64,000 nucleotides of DNA from Nemertoderma westbladi (taxonomy: Eukaryota; Animalia; Xenacoelomorpha): NCBI GenBank assembly GCA_032718475.1, contig JAUCBJ010001297.1:60824-124823 (forward strand), read 5' to 3'. The first letter of the stretch is position 1, and every line of letters begins with the position of its first letter. Below are positions 10,916-22,391 of this stretch, one piece after another. The position numbers and the translations under genes are program-made. The notes under the pieces were generated by a model. The model was not told where the DNA came from. It searched no databases and saw only the letters and a list, made by a program, of their open reading frames with translations.

Positions 10916-11379
10916 AAGGGTATAAGATATAGATATTAGTTAGCAGTTAGTAGCGAGAGGGGGGCATATGAGTACAGCTGGGTAAATCGTGTGGCCACGC
11001 GACGCATACTGCTGTACTGCACAGGCCCACAGAGTAGGCCAGAATGTGGATTAGAGAATAGAATAATCCATAGGCAATAGTAAGTAGTAGGACAGTAGAA
11101 TTAAAACTAAACTAAAATAAATAGAATAGGGCTGAAAGTTACAAATTATGGCAACACTAGGAAAGTTATTCTGGAACATAATAAAAGTAACTGACAGAAA
11201 TTAAAATTAGGGTGTATTTACTAGCTTCAGAATTAATTAGTAATAATTTAGGCTAAAAGGGCGCAGTTGAGTAAGGAATAGGCCATTATCGGACCGTACA
11301 GAACATCTTAGATACATCACTCATCTGTATTGCGCCTTGGTAAGGCACCACCTTACAGGTGAGCGAGTGAGTGTTCGGA

Positions 11380-13925
11380 ATGACGAGCAAATTGATCAGA
11401 AAGAGAAAGGCGGAGTCAGGAGGAAAGGAGATACTGGTGGATTTCACCGAGAGGCATCCGGAAGAGAAGACGAGAGGATACTACGAGAGGTTGGAAAGGG
11501 GTCACGCGGCACGAGCGCTGCAGGATCACTTCTGGGAGATGCACGAACAGCGGCTGGTCGGGACCTACGGGACGCCGTCGCTGGACAATGCGATCTTCCA
11601 ACACTTCCACTACGTGGTAAAAGGGGACGAGGCGAAGTTCGGGATTCCAAAGTACCCGAGGGAATCACCAAGGAAGGATTGGAAGAGATTCATAGAGTCC
11701 GTCAACAGGGGAGGATATATGATCCTAGACGATGAGGGAACTGTGGAAGACGAGGAGGGTTCGAGACGAGGATCGGCGGGGTCGGCCAGGACCATACTCC
11801 TACATTTGGCCGCGCCAAATGGGGACATCTTCTTATTCGATCTAGGAACGTATGGGAAGAAGGACGGGGCGAAATTAAACCGGTTGCCGAAAGCGGTACA
11901 AGTCTTGGTAAGAGAGAAGTCGACGACGAAAGTGGGATCGGCGATTCGCGAGGACACGGAGAGAATCATCGGTCCGGACGCCACCAACCTCCTGGATATG
12001 CAGAAGGTCTTCATGGCTATGACGGCACCGGATGGGTTGGGGGTAGTCGGAAACACAGGTCAATACGGGGCGGTGGCAATGGGCCAACTATTGGGGCTCG
12101 TATGCCACAAACCGATGGACTGGGGGAAGTTCAGGGAAGAATACGGAGCAGAACTAGCGAACTCGCTAAAGTGGGGAGCGAGACCGGGAAAGCAAGAGGT
12201 ATATCAATTCCGCAGAGGAGCGATAAAGGTATATCAGAAGCGATATATCCTGCAGGAAGATTGGATGATGATAAGTTTGCTTAACTTATTTATGACCGTG
12301 GTTATCGAGAGGGAACCAGCGGCATTTCTGTTATCGGGATCACCCCTAAGCTACAGGACAGCCTTTAAAATGGCCTTCGACGGTCTGGTAGACCACCCGG
12401 GGCTGAAGGGCGAGTCGGTGTACTATAACAGCCGACATCTGGTAGACGGGGAGACAGATACGCCGTATCAGAGATGGGAGCAGCTAGAGACGGATAGACG
12501 AGAAGCAAAGCGACTGGAAGAAGTCGCTAGACGGCAGAGGATAGAAGCAGAGGAGAGGGAAGAGGAGGCCAGGACGCAGAGTTACGGCTTCGAGGAACAG
12601 GCAGGCTTAGACGAACTTCATTGGACTTCATCAGGGAGTTCGGGGGAGTCTCTAGGGCGAGAATTGGGATGGACGGTGGGATCGCCGAAACAGTCGACGT
12701 CGGGGTTGCAAGAGATGCCCATACCAGCGGGCGCCGAAGGCGACCAACCACCAAGGAAGTTAAGGGAGCTAGAGGGATGGAGAGCTACGGGCGAGAGCCA
12801 AGGCGGGAAGGGACATAGTGGATCCATCGGGATACCGGGGTTGGAGCCACTGCCAGAGGAGGAGGATGACGACGACGAGTTCGGAGGGGTGCCGCCCATC
12901 GAGAGGATTGGCCACTCGGACACGGACTGGGTTGGCGGGAGGGTGGTGACGGCCAGTGGGGCGAGGGCCTTCTGGAACAGATCCGGCAAGCGGTCCTGGG
13001 TGCACGAGGAGCCAGCGATGGATTTCGCGGGGAGCACTATCAGGTTGGGCGAGCAACCGGGGACGGCACCACGGATAGTATTCGGGGGACAATGCCCGAG
13101 AGGGGCGAAGAGATCGACGTAGACAGGGACACCAACGTGGAGAAGTTCGCCTACCAGCGACTCCACAGACCGCGGAGATCGCTCGGGACGAAAGACGACG
13201 TGGGGCGGGAGACATTGGTACTCGGTTGCGACTACTGTGGGAGACAGACCCACCAGGAAAGGAGCTGCTTGTACCGGTTCCAAAAGGGAACCTTTTGTCT
13301 CTACTGCCGAGAGTCGAGCCACAGGATGGGGGCGTGTCCCCGGTTGCATAACCGATGTCTGAAGTGCAACTTTCGGGGACACTACGGACGCCAGTGCGAC
13401 TGGATGGACGACGAAGAGAAGTTCAGAAGATTCGAGGAGTGGGCCGACGTCGGGGCCATGACGCGCCAGCGCATGAAGGCCCAGGAGTTCAAGTGGGGTT
13501 TCTTCCTTATCAATCAGGAGGCTCACATGGAAATCATAAAGCGGAGGTTACCGTTTACCTATCAAGAGGTAGCAACGGCGGCGTCGTATGCCGGAGTGAT
13601 GAATACACAAAGATATTTGGACAGGTGGACGCCACAGAACTGAGGGGAGTTTAGGGATTTCTTGGCGGAGCACGTGCCGCGAGCAATGAAAATGATCCTA
13701 TGGGACGCCACCAGAGGGAGACAACAGGGCCACTCTGAGGGGCCACCGGCGAAGCGATATCGGGCACTAATAACACCAGCGCCCAAGGAGCCAACAACCG
13801 GGATCTGTAGGGAGGTGGCGGCGAAAGTCCGAAAGCAGAAAACGGATCCCAGAGGAGCGGCAGTAACCAAGAAACGACCCAGGGAAGAGGACGCCAGAGG
13901 GAACTATCCCCAGAGGAACAGATAG
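11380..13925 (+). pseudogene. Extra ORF: DEDDy-like 3'-5' exonuclease domain plus 3x CCHC zinc knuckles (~850 aa reconstructed), copy A
   Basis: ILDDEG (ExoI-like, 11722-11739); LLHLA..IFLFDL..LP..V..LV....KVG..I.ED (ExoII-like, ~11929-11955); NLLDMQ; QKRYILQED (ExoIII-like, 12235-12261); three C-x2-C-x4-H-x4-C at 13227-13397. A 1-nt deletion at ~13088 and a TGA at 13641 are absent from the other copies. Confidence 0.8.
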
Positions 13926-14593
13926 GTTCCCAGGGCCGGGGGAGTTAAACTGAGACTTGGACGTGGTACGCCTGGAAGGCGCCGCGTGGGACGTACGAAC
14001 TATTAAGTACAAACTAAGCTGATGCAAAATAATTAAATAAGTGCAATTATATGTACATACGTAGTGGTCAGTAGTTTAGCAATAAAAATATACGTTCGGA
14101 GTAAGTACTATAGTCATACAACCTTTCTCAATTAGCTACTGGGACTGGGGGGATAACTGACTATGGCACTATGGACGAGACACCAGACGATTTCACACTT
14201 CTTGAGTGCGACGGCACAAGAGGGGGGGGGAGATTCGTCAGAAGGGATGAGGTAGCCAAAGAGAGACGGAGTAATAGTGCGAAGTGCGGAGAGAGTGCGG
14301 ACGCAATTCTAGTGTGGGGGGGGGAGAATAAGAGGTTGAGTGAGGGACGAGGAGGTCCGAGGGTATGAGAGAGTTAGGGTGAGAGTGGAGAAGAGATAGG
14401 GCGAAAGTGTTGGGGAAACAAAAGTCGTGTGAGAGGTGAGCGCGATCGGCCCGACATGGGACGCCAGGCATACAGGGTAGCGTTATCATACCCATAGGGA
14501 GCAGCCTGGAAAGCCGGCTCCGAGAGAAAAGAATTCCACCCCACACCCGATACTAGATCGGGATCCAGCGGGATTGTAGCGCACTTTAGGTGG

Positions 14594-14631
14594 ATGCTAT
14601 CTTCTCACCGGGAAGATAGCATGGGGGGGAG
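14594..14631 (+). promoter_or_regulatory. 11-bp hairpin followed by the polypurine tract
   Basis: ATGCTATCTTC-N7-GAAGATAGCAT then GGGGGGGAG directly before the 3' LTR; same arrangement in B and C. Confidence 0.85.
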
Positions 14632-15162
14632 TGTTAGCTTATTCAATCCTGCTAACACCCCATAAAGTTAAGCCGATAAGCAATATTGGGGGCCACGAGA
14701 TTGGGTAACCAATCACTCGTGTCACCCCAACAAAATGGGAAGGAGAAACACACAATGAGGGTCAGGGGCCAAACCCCTAACCCAGAGAGAACAGGTGGAG
14801 TGAACGGGAACACTCCAAAGGGTGCCAACAAGGGTATCAACCAATCAGAGGGGGGAAAGGCATCGATTAGGTAGAGTAACAAGGCCAACCCGTGCAATAT
14901 AGCCAGTTGGCAGTAATCATTTCAGTTCAGTTATCTCAGTATCATATTGGTGCTAGTTAGGTTAGTTAGTTTAGCTAGGGAAGGACCGGGACTTTAATTA
15001 CCGTTTCCCGCCTTCTGTGTACGACATCATATATCTATATCTATATCTTTTACCTGAATATTATACGCGACAAACAACGTAAACCCTTTCACTCTTCACA
15101 CACGGCGGGGACGCGTAAATTAACAAACGGATAAACCGGGATCCTCCCTGGATCCCGTCACA
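14632..15162 (+). repeat. 3' LTR of copy A
   Basis: 531-bp direct repeat of 1374-1904, followed by TSD GTTCG. Confidence 0.97.
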
Positions 15163-18100
15163 GTTCGGAACTTGGGTTGTCCAGCAAAGATGTCTTCGGC
15201 TAGCTCTTTGTCGATGAATGTTCCTGTGCTACCGGAGTCAAGGAGGGCATTCACTATATAACTCCTTTTAGGTAAGTGGACCCTTAACTGCACTACTGGA
15301 AATTCTCGGATTCCTACATTGGAAGTTGGCGCTTTCCAAGATGGTTGTCGATCAGAAGTAGTTAGGGTGAGGTCGCTGTCGGTGTCTTTTTCGTAAGTGA
15401 GTGCTCGATACACTGCGGTATTTATCATGTAACAGGATTCGTTTTCGTCGGAGAATTCGTCCGTATAGAATCCTTCCATCTCAGAACTTTGGTCAGTGTC
15501 ATTCACATCACTGAACTGGACATGTAATTCGGAATCACTTACCTGACTCTGGCTGTTTCGCTCGAATTCAGTGTGCAACAAGATATGATGTTTCGCACCG
15601 CACTTTGCACACCTTGTGTCGGAGTAACAGGTTCGCCGTTGGTGTCCTTGTCTGAGGCAATTATAACACAACCGCTTATCCCACATGACTTCCCATCTCT
15701 CCGTTAATGATTTCTTTAGGAATTCATCACACATATTCAAACGGTGAGTCCCGTCACATAGCACACATTTCGGTTTGATGTTACTTACCTTATTTTGAAC
15801 AACATTGTGCACACTCGTTCTTTCTTTGGGCTTTCTCATCTGAATTCTCTTAGGAGACGGAGGAGGAGTTTTTCTTACCTGTTCTCTCCTGTCATTGGTT
15901 CGAGACTTGAATTTACTTACCTGTTCTTTAGGTGTTTTATTGACATAATAAGATCTTTCAGTGTCTTTCCCGCTGTCCTCTCCTTGAGAAGTCTGGCTTT
16001 CGCCGTCGTCGGTATAACACACTGGTGTTACTTTTCTCCTAGAAACGGGTTTCTCACTTACCTTGTTTTCCGGTGTCTTCTCTCTGGACTGCTTTAGGAG
16101 TTGTAATTTCACTTCTCCGTCTAAGAATGACATGAGATCAGCCATGGTAGGGTCTCGTCGTTGTTATTCCATCATATATAACACTTTTTTATCCCAGCGT
16201 GTACCTACTCCACCCTTCGGTAAAGTAGAAGCCACGGCTCCAATAACCATAGAACTCTGATATTCATGAGACTTACCTAACCAATCTAATTGTCTACAGA
16301 TCTCTTGAATCTCATCGGAAAACTCTATTATCTTGCTGCTAATGAACTCTCGGGGCGCTACTAATTTTGCATACAAATATTTAGCTATGTTATTCCTATT
16401 ACCATACCTGATGTTTATTGTATCCCAAACTTGTGTTAATCCGTCTGGATGTCCAATAAACTTTAACGCCATTAACTTGGGAGATCCTTGCAAGCACTCG
16501 ATGAGGAATCTAAGTTTCTCTCCGTTAGATAGCACAGAGTTCTGTATGTTATCTTTGTAATATTCATTAAAAGGTAACCATTTCATCTCATCTCCATTGA
16601 ACTTGACTATCTCTCCCACCTTTACCGCTTGACGGGCTTCGGTTCTAGCCATTTGACGTTAAAACTTTCTTGGGCCATCGTGTTATTTAATGTCGAGTTA
16701 TCGGTATATAAATTTCTAGGATTATGATCAAGTCTATAGGGAATATCATTGTCAACAGGTTTATAATTACCCTTAATAGGGTTCACTATAGGAGTTTCTA
16801 CTTCACTAGCAGTATAGATGCGTGTAGGCTCCACACCTTGCGCATGAGATACTTCAGACCTAACAGGTTGACACATTGTTACCGAGGGTGGTGGTATACC
16901 CTTTTGTGTATTTACTAATTTATCGCGTTCTAATGCGATACTTTGCTGCACTTCTTGCAACTCTAACCTACTTTCCCTTACTGTGCCCTTGAACTGCTTA
17001 ACAGTCTCCTGCATCTGCCCGAGCAGGAGATCCATCCCCCGCCGTCTCTCATCCACCCACTCGACCGCCGAAGCGGGAGCCGCCAACGTTGTAGCGGGCG
17101 GACGAGGGACAACGGGCGACAAATCATTAATTTTTCGCTCGGAGTCAGGGACATGAACATTTTCAGGGGAGGTTCTGTGGGGCACAGGTAGCTTAGTGCT
17201 GTGCAGAGGGAATTTAGAGGTGGGTTCTGGGAGCACAGGTGTCTCTATCACCGAAGGGGTGATTTCAAGAACAGGCCTAATTATTTCAGGCTCATCTACT
17301 ATAGTAGGGAGTCTTTCTATTTTAATTATTTGGTCTGTGGGTTCTGTACTACCTAAGTCTGTGTTAGTTAGTTGCCTTCTAACAGCTGGGGGCAAATCAG
17401 GCAATTTGTGACGGTGAGATGTTCTTCTACGCCTACTTAGACGAGATCTATTTCCTCCGCCTTCAGGATTGGTGGTATCGCCTTCCTCAGATGATGTATA
17501 TCCTTGTCTTTTGGGAGTAGATCGATTCATCATCTGCATATTACTAGCTGTTAACTGTTTATTGAAGTTGTCTTGCCTCTCTTGTAGATTTTCCAACTCT
17601 AGTTGGGTTGTCTCTTCAGATGCCCTCCGTTCTGCTTCTGCCACTGCTATTTTTCTTTCCGCTTCGGCCGCCTTTCTTTCCGCTTCTGCCGCTGCTGCTT
17701 TTCTTTCCGCTTCGGCCGCCTTTCTTTCCGCTTCTACTGCTGCAGCTACCGCTTTTGCCTCTGCCGCTGCCGCTTTTGCCTCTGCCGCTGCCTCTGCGGC
17801 TTTTCTATCCACTTCTGCCGCTTTTCTTTCCGCTTCTGCCACTGCCACTGCCGCTGCTGCTGTCTTTCTATCTTCTATACGTTTTTTCTTTACTTGTTCT
17901 TCTTGAACCTTAGCGATGCGGATGCTTTCATCAAATTTAGCTTGGTTCGCAGCTATCCTATCCGCATCGATTGCGTCCAACACAAGCTTGGCTCCTTCAC
18001 TATTAGGGCTAAGTCCATCCAGCCGTCTCCTCAATTCTTCGTCCCCTACAAAGCGTTGATAGTCTGACAGATAGATGTCAATGGCATCCCTCTTATGCGG

Positions 18101-19039
18101 TTTCTCTGCTGTCGCTTCGCTTTCCACTTGGGAAAAGGTAGCGTCTGTTGATTCTCCATGGGTTGAGCGCTCATCCAACTGAGATTTCCACGGGGTAGTT
18201 CTTTGAACTTGGAGGCTCACCCGCTGAAACCACGTCTTTACGGCAACTTGCAACGACGTGTCTTGTCTTCTTTTGGAAGCCTCCTCAAAGGCAGATAAGA
18301 TTAGTCTGATTCTTAGAATTCTTTCTCTAACTTGATAAAGCAGCTTTCCCTGCTCTTGAGGTCCTTGTGGTTGTCGAAACAATTGTTCCTCTAATCTCTC
18401 CATAGAGCTGAAGAATCCCTGTACGTATCCGGCTGCTGACCTCTTCCATACAGCTGGATCACTGGTTTCTTTTGTCACTCCCATCCTGTGTATGTCTTCC
18501 CAGGCAGCTTCTGATAAGTCAAACGGGAGTCCGGGTCCGGGGAAGTTCCATTGCAACTCGACAATAGACTTCAGTTCTTCCCTTGTATATCCCGCATAAC
18601 TATCCTTGGTCGATTGTTTACTTCTCGCCCAATCAATCTGGTGTTCCTCCACTGCAATCAATACCCTAGCAAGTAAGGCTGCAGGAAGGATGAGAAGGGG
18701 ATCCGAATAAACCACATCTGCCATTTTAGCTCCGCCCTCGGATGTCAGCTCTACAGTATCCGCACCACTGGAGCTGTCGGTCCGCTGAGAAATAAGTTCT
18801 CGGCTCGAGTGTTGCTGCTGTTCTGCTGCTTCTTGGTCTCGTTTGACTTGAGCTCGAGTGCCTATAATAGACCTACGGTGTTGGACCAGCCTAGGGTCTG
18901 ATATTACTACTGGAGGGATGACCTTTCTTACAGTAGGAGGTGAGTTGAACTTTGTTCTCACACGTTCCACACTCCTATCTGGGTCACAGATGGTTGTATC
19001 TAAGAGACTGTCTGACAGGTTTTGCTTTGTGTCAGACAT
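15163..19039 (-). pseudogene. gag: Gag-protease of element D (805-aa N-terminal extension with AAEAERK coiled-coil repeats, gag core, zinc knuckles, protease)
   Basis: ORFs 16622-19039, 16164-16652 and 15120-16145 are separated by frameshifts. IVKFNGD..W..F...EKLRFL..CLQG; CVLC..H..C, CYNC..H..C, CAKC..HH..LH (BEL-type triple knuckle); ALLDSGS. Confidence 0.9.
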
Positions 19040-20377
19040 GGTTGTTTGTACAGTTGAATGCCTACTGCTATATTACAGTTAAAGCAAGTCTAGTAATTCA
19101 GTATCAACTGTTAGCCTAGTAATTAATTACCGATACTGTTACTCAGTGTAACGTGATATATATACAATATATTAGAATACCGGTATGCTTATAGTATATA
19201 TATAAGTATTATTTCAGACTAGATTTGTCCCAGAATACCGGTATATAATTTTAGCGCAAATATATAAATATATAATAGGCCTATCGTGAATACCGGTATA
19301 CAGCTTACACTTATAGTATATATAAGTATAATTATGGACTAGAATTAATTACAGAATACCAGTATAATTTCAGCCTAAATTTATAGAAATAAATATAATA
19401 AGCCTATTGTAAATACCAGTATGTCAATTATTTTAAATAATTGAATTTCTGAATTTTTAGGGGTTACTTGGTTACTTTAACTTACTTTATTACCGTTATT
19501 TAAGCAGTAGTCCAACTGATATTGAGACCTAATTGTTGTAAAACAGGCCTACTATTTTATAAATCAGTTTGAGTTGATTTATAATATATATACCCGTGTC
19601 AATGGGTTTTTTTTGTCAATATTTGAAATAAATGTTATTATTTCTGGGAGGAGTCACTACACAGAAGCTGTGCGCTCTCAGTGAAGTGCTACTTGCTGGA
19701 CACTAAAACAAATAATTCTAATTTACCTAAGTTACTTAATACTACAAAATTACGTACAATTCGGTGTGAGATTACAATCTCTAAATAAACACAAAAATTA
19801 CAAGTACGAAATTTTAGGGTAATTTTACAAGAAGTCTACAAACCAGCCTAACAAAGGGTTAGAATATCTGGTTATTACAACGGACAGGGTACTACGGTAT
19901 TTGAAAATAATAAGTAGTAGTAAATATACTGCGTTGTCCAGATAGGAAAATACCACCATCTGACGACTTATGGCCGTATCGCTATAAGTACTACGTTATG
20001 TATCACGGAGTGTTCCTACCTAGAAGTTAATTACCGCGGTCTACCATAACCAACGTGCCTATTAACCACTTTACAACACAAATATACTACCTACACACTA
20101 ATTACCTTCGGAAAGCACTGTACACTAAACCCTAAATTAGGTACAAGTACTTATACAACAAATAATCAGTAGTTAAAATACTTGAACAGCTAAAAGAACC
20201 ACGGTATCTGCTGGAGTGACCGGGGCACAAAATCACCAGTCTTTACCTACGCCAAGCAGCCCTGATGTAGTACCGCGGTTAATTTAACTATAACGGTATA
20301 TATAACAAGCACAATTACTGTAGGAATAAACTTGGGGATATGAATGTTGCGAATAATCGCATAAACTCTGAATAATA

Positions 20378-20949
20378 AATATTACGCTACGCGTACAGAC
20401 TACTCAAACAAAATGCAGACCAAATACTGACAGACTACTATCAAGCCTAAACAAACCACGGTATATGCAGACTCCGAAATGGTTAGTTAGTATGCGTTCT
20501 AACCGAGTAGTATGACTTATTCTTTCGAGGGGGTTTACCTCACAGCACTGGAAGCCCCTACGTTCCCAACTGGCACTTTATCGGACATACATTCTACACA
20601 CACCGAAATCTCTTCAAGCCTAACAACAGCCAGACAACTATCCAGCCTACAAATTATCTAAATAAGAAATATTACGCTACCCGTACAGACTACACAAACA
20701 AAGTACAAACCAAACGCTGGCAGACTACTATCAAGCCTAAACAAACTATAGTATATGCAGACTCCGAAATGGTTAGTTAGTATGCGTTCTAACCGAGTAG
20801 TACGACTTATTCTTTCAAGGGGGTTTACCTCACAGCACTGGAAGCCCCTACTTTCCTAACTAGTACTTTTTCGGACATACGCTCTACACACACTACAATC
20901 TCCTCAAACTCAACAACAGTCAGACAACAGTCCAGCCTACAAATTATCT
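20378..20949. repeat. Two-copy ~290-bp tandem duplication in the leader of D
   Basis: ATTACGCTAC at 20381 and 20671; TCCAGCCTACAAATTATCT at 20641 and 20931; single copy in D' (~26785-27072). Confidence 0.9.
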
Positions 20950-21275
20950 GTACAATCTGGGCAGGCTTACACGTCTTCTGCTCAATATTAACCTACAAAT
21001 AAATAAAACCTGACAGAAATAAGTAAAATCTCAATAAAAAACCAGGGCTGCAGTCCCTGATTAATTATTAAGGCCTACCGGTATATAATTATCAAAATCG
21101 AATAATACTACTGTACCTGTACTGCTGTAGGTACTGGTCCGGGTGGTTAGGTAGTCAGGCCTACTAGGTACTGGTTGACCGGTACTTCAGCTTTATTGCC
21201 TACTGCAATACAGAAGCTATATCTGTTATTGTTCGCGCTTTCAGACCTTTAGCAGTTTAACCTGCCAAATTGGGA

Positions 21276-22391
21276 TGTCTTCTAGATAATAAATCGTCTT
21301 TAGCCTATGACAAGTATTTGATACACTACATTAGCCAAAGCCAGTCTATGCGCGACCATTCACCCACTGGATATACCCGGGAGACTGGATTCGGAAGCCT
21401 AACCGTATTGCGTTGTAGGCCTACTGCATTATTCGATTGATCGTTAATATATAATCTCTGACAAATATTATTCACTTTCAGGAAATATTAACAGTTCCTT
21501 TTGGACGTGGCGCTCTAAATATGTAAACAGAGTTATGACTTAAACTAGACACAACGGGATGGCTATAGATTCACGTATATGGCGCATTCTTTAGGAGATG
21601 CTTTGTTATCAGTCACAATCATACACAATACTGCACAATGCTGCACACCAATCTGCCGACCTTCACTAATTTTAGTCACATATAAAGAGAACAACAACCA
21701 ATGCATGTAGTGCCTATGAAATAGCATTAGATTCACTTCAAAACCACTTAATGTAAGTCGCAATCATTATATGTAACCGGTCTCTCTTACCTTCAGTATA
21801 TCAAGAAGATTGAGGGTTTTGTAATTATTTATCGGTATTCCAAATATAATAATATTCCATCAACTGATATAATGAATAACCGACAGTAAATAGCAGTAAA
21901 ATTGCAGTGTTTGTAGTTGACAATATGATTAGGTGAGTGAGATAACAGATATACATTCTATAATTAAGCCTACTAATGTTGGACTAAAGACTGAAAACAC
22001 AGAGGTTCCAAAGCCGGTCTTCTGACTGTGGACAAAATACACATACTGACTCAATTCCTGAGTTTCTGTATACAACCTCCAACACAGAGTCAAAAATCGC
22101 TCTGATTGGTCGAGTGATTGCACAGAGTGGGCCTGAACAAAGAAAGTTCCACGAGTACACCAAATCAGCTGATAGATGTCGTAATCTGAACTACACTGTG
22201 TAGAGAGTATTATCGCGTATTGCGGCATAAGATTGCTAGTTATGTCTGCCAAAGTACACATACAGAAAAATAGCTTTTTATGTCCACTAAAATACCGGTA
22301 CAGTAAGGAAACGGCTTTTATGTCCGTTAAAACATCTACAGAGTACTTTGCGGGGAAAAAATGACTAGCTAATCCCGCAAAAGCTTTTACA
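21276..22391 (-). repeat. Probable ~1.1-kb 5' LTR of element D
   Basis: Sharp shared TG start with D'; ends near AGAAGACA, followed after a short spacer by TGGCAGGTTAAAC in both copies. No 3' LTR is in the window, so the inner boundary is approximate. Confidence 0.6.

Larger units (their letters stand above)
1374..15162 (+). mobile_element. Full-length BEL/Pao LTR retrotransposon, copy A (gag-pol plus extra exonuclease/zinc-knuckle ORF)
   Basis: Two 531-bp TG...CA LTRs; perfect 5-bp TSD GTTCG (1369-1373 and 15163-15167); PR-RT-RH-IN order with BEL/Pao signature motifs; polypurine tract before the 3' LTR. Confidence 0.97.
15163..22391 (-). mobile_element. 5' half of BEL/Pao element D (5' LTR, long leader, gag-protease), interrupted by copy A
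   Basis: Collinear inverted homology with 24673-31526; both copies begin TGTAAAAGCTTTTGCGG; contains BEL gag and protease motifs. Confidence 0.85.

Noticed and set aside
5243-13526. Long antisense ORFs (e.g. 5243-5839, 6691-7365, 9589-10308, 12618-13526) recurring in each copy
   Set aside because: Shadow frames of a purine-rich coding strand; S/L/F/P-rich with no motifs; they recur only because the copies are homologous.
11380-13925. env gene
   Set aside because: The position fits, but there is no N-terminal signal peptide or C-terminal transmembrane anchor, and the cysteines form CCHC knuckles.
16622-19039. Host coiled-coil/TolA-like gene
   Set aside because: It runs directly into BEL gag motifs and is duplicated with the element in D'.
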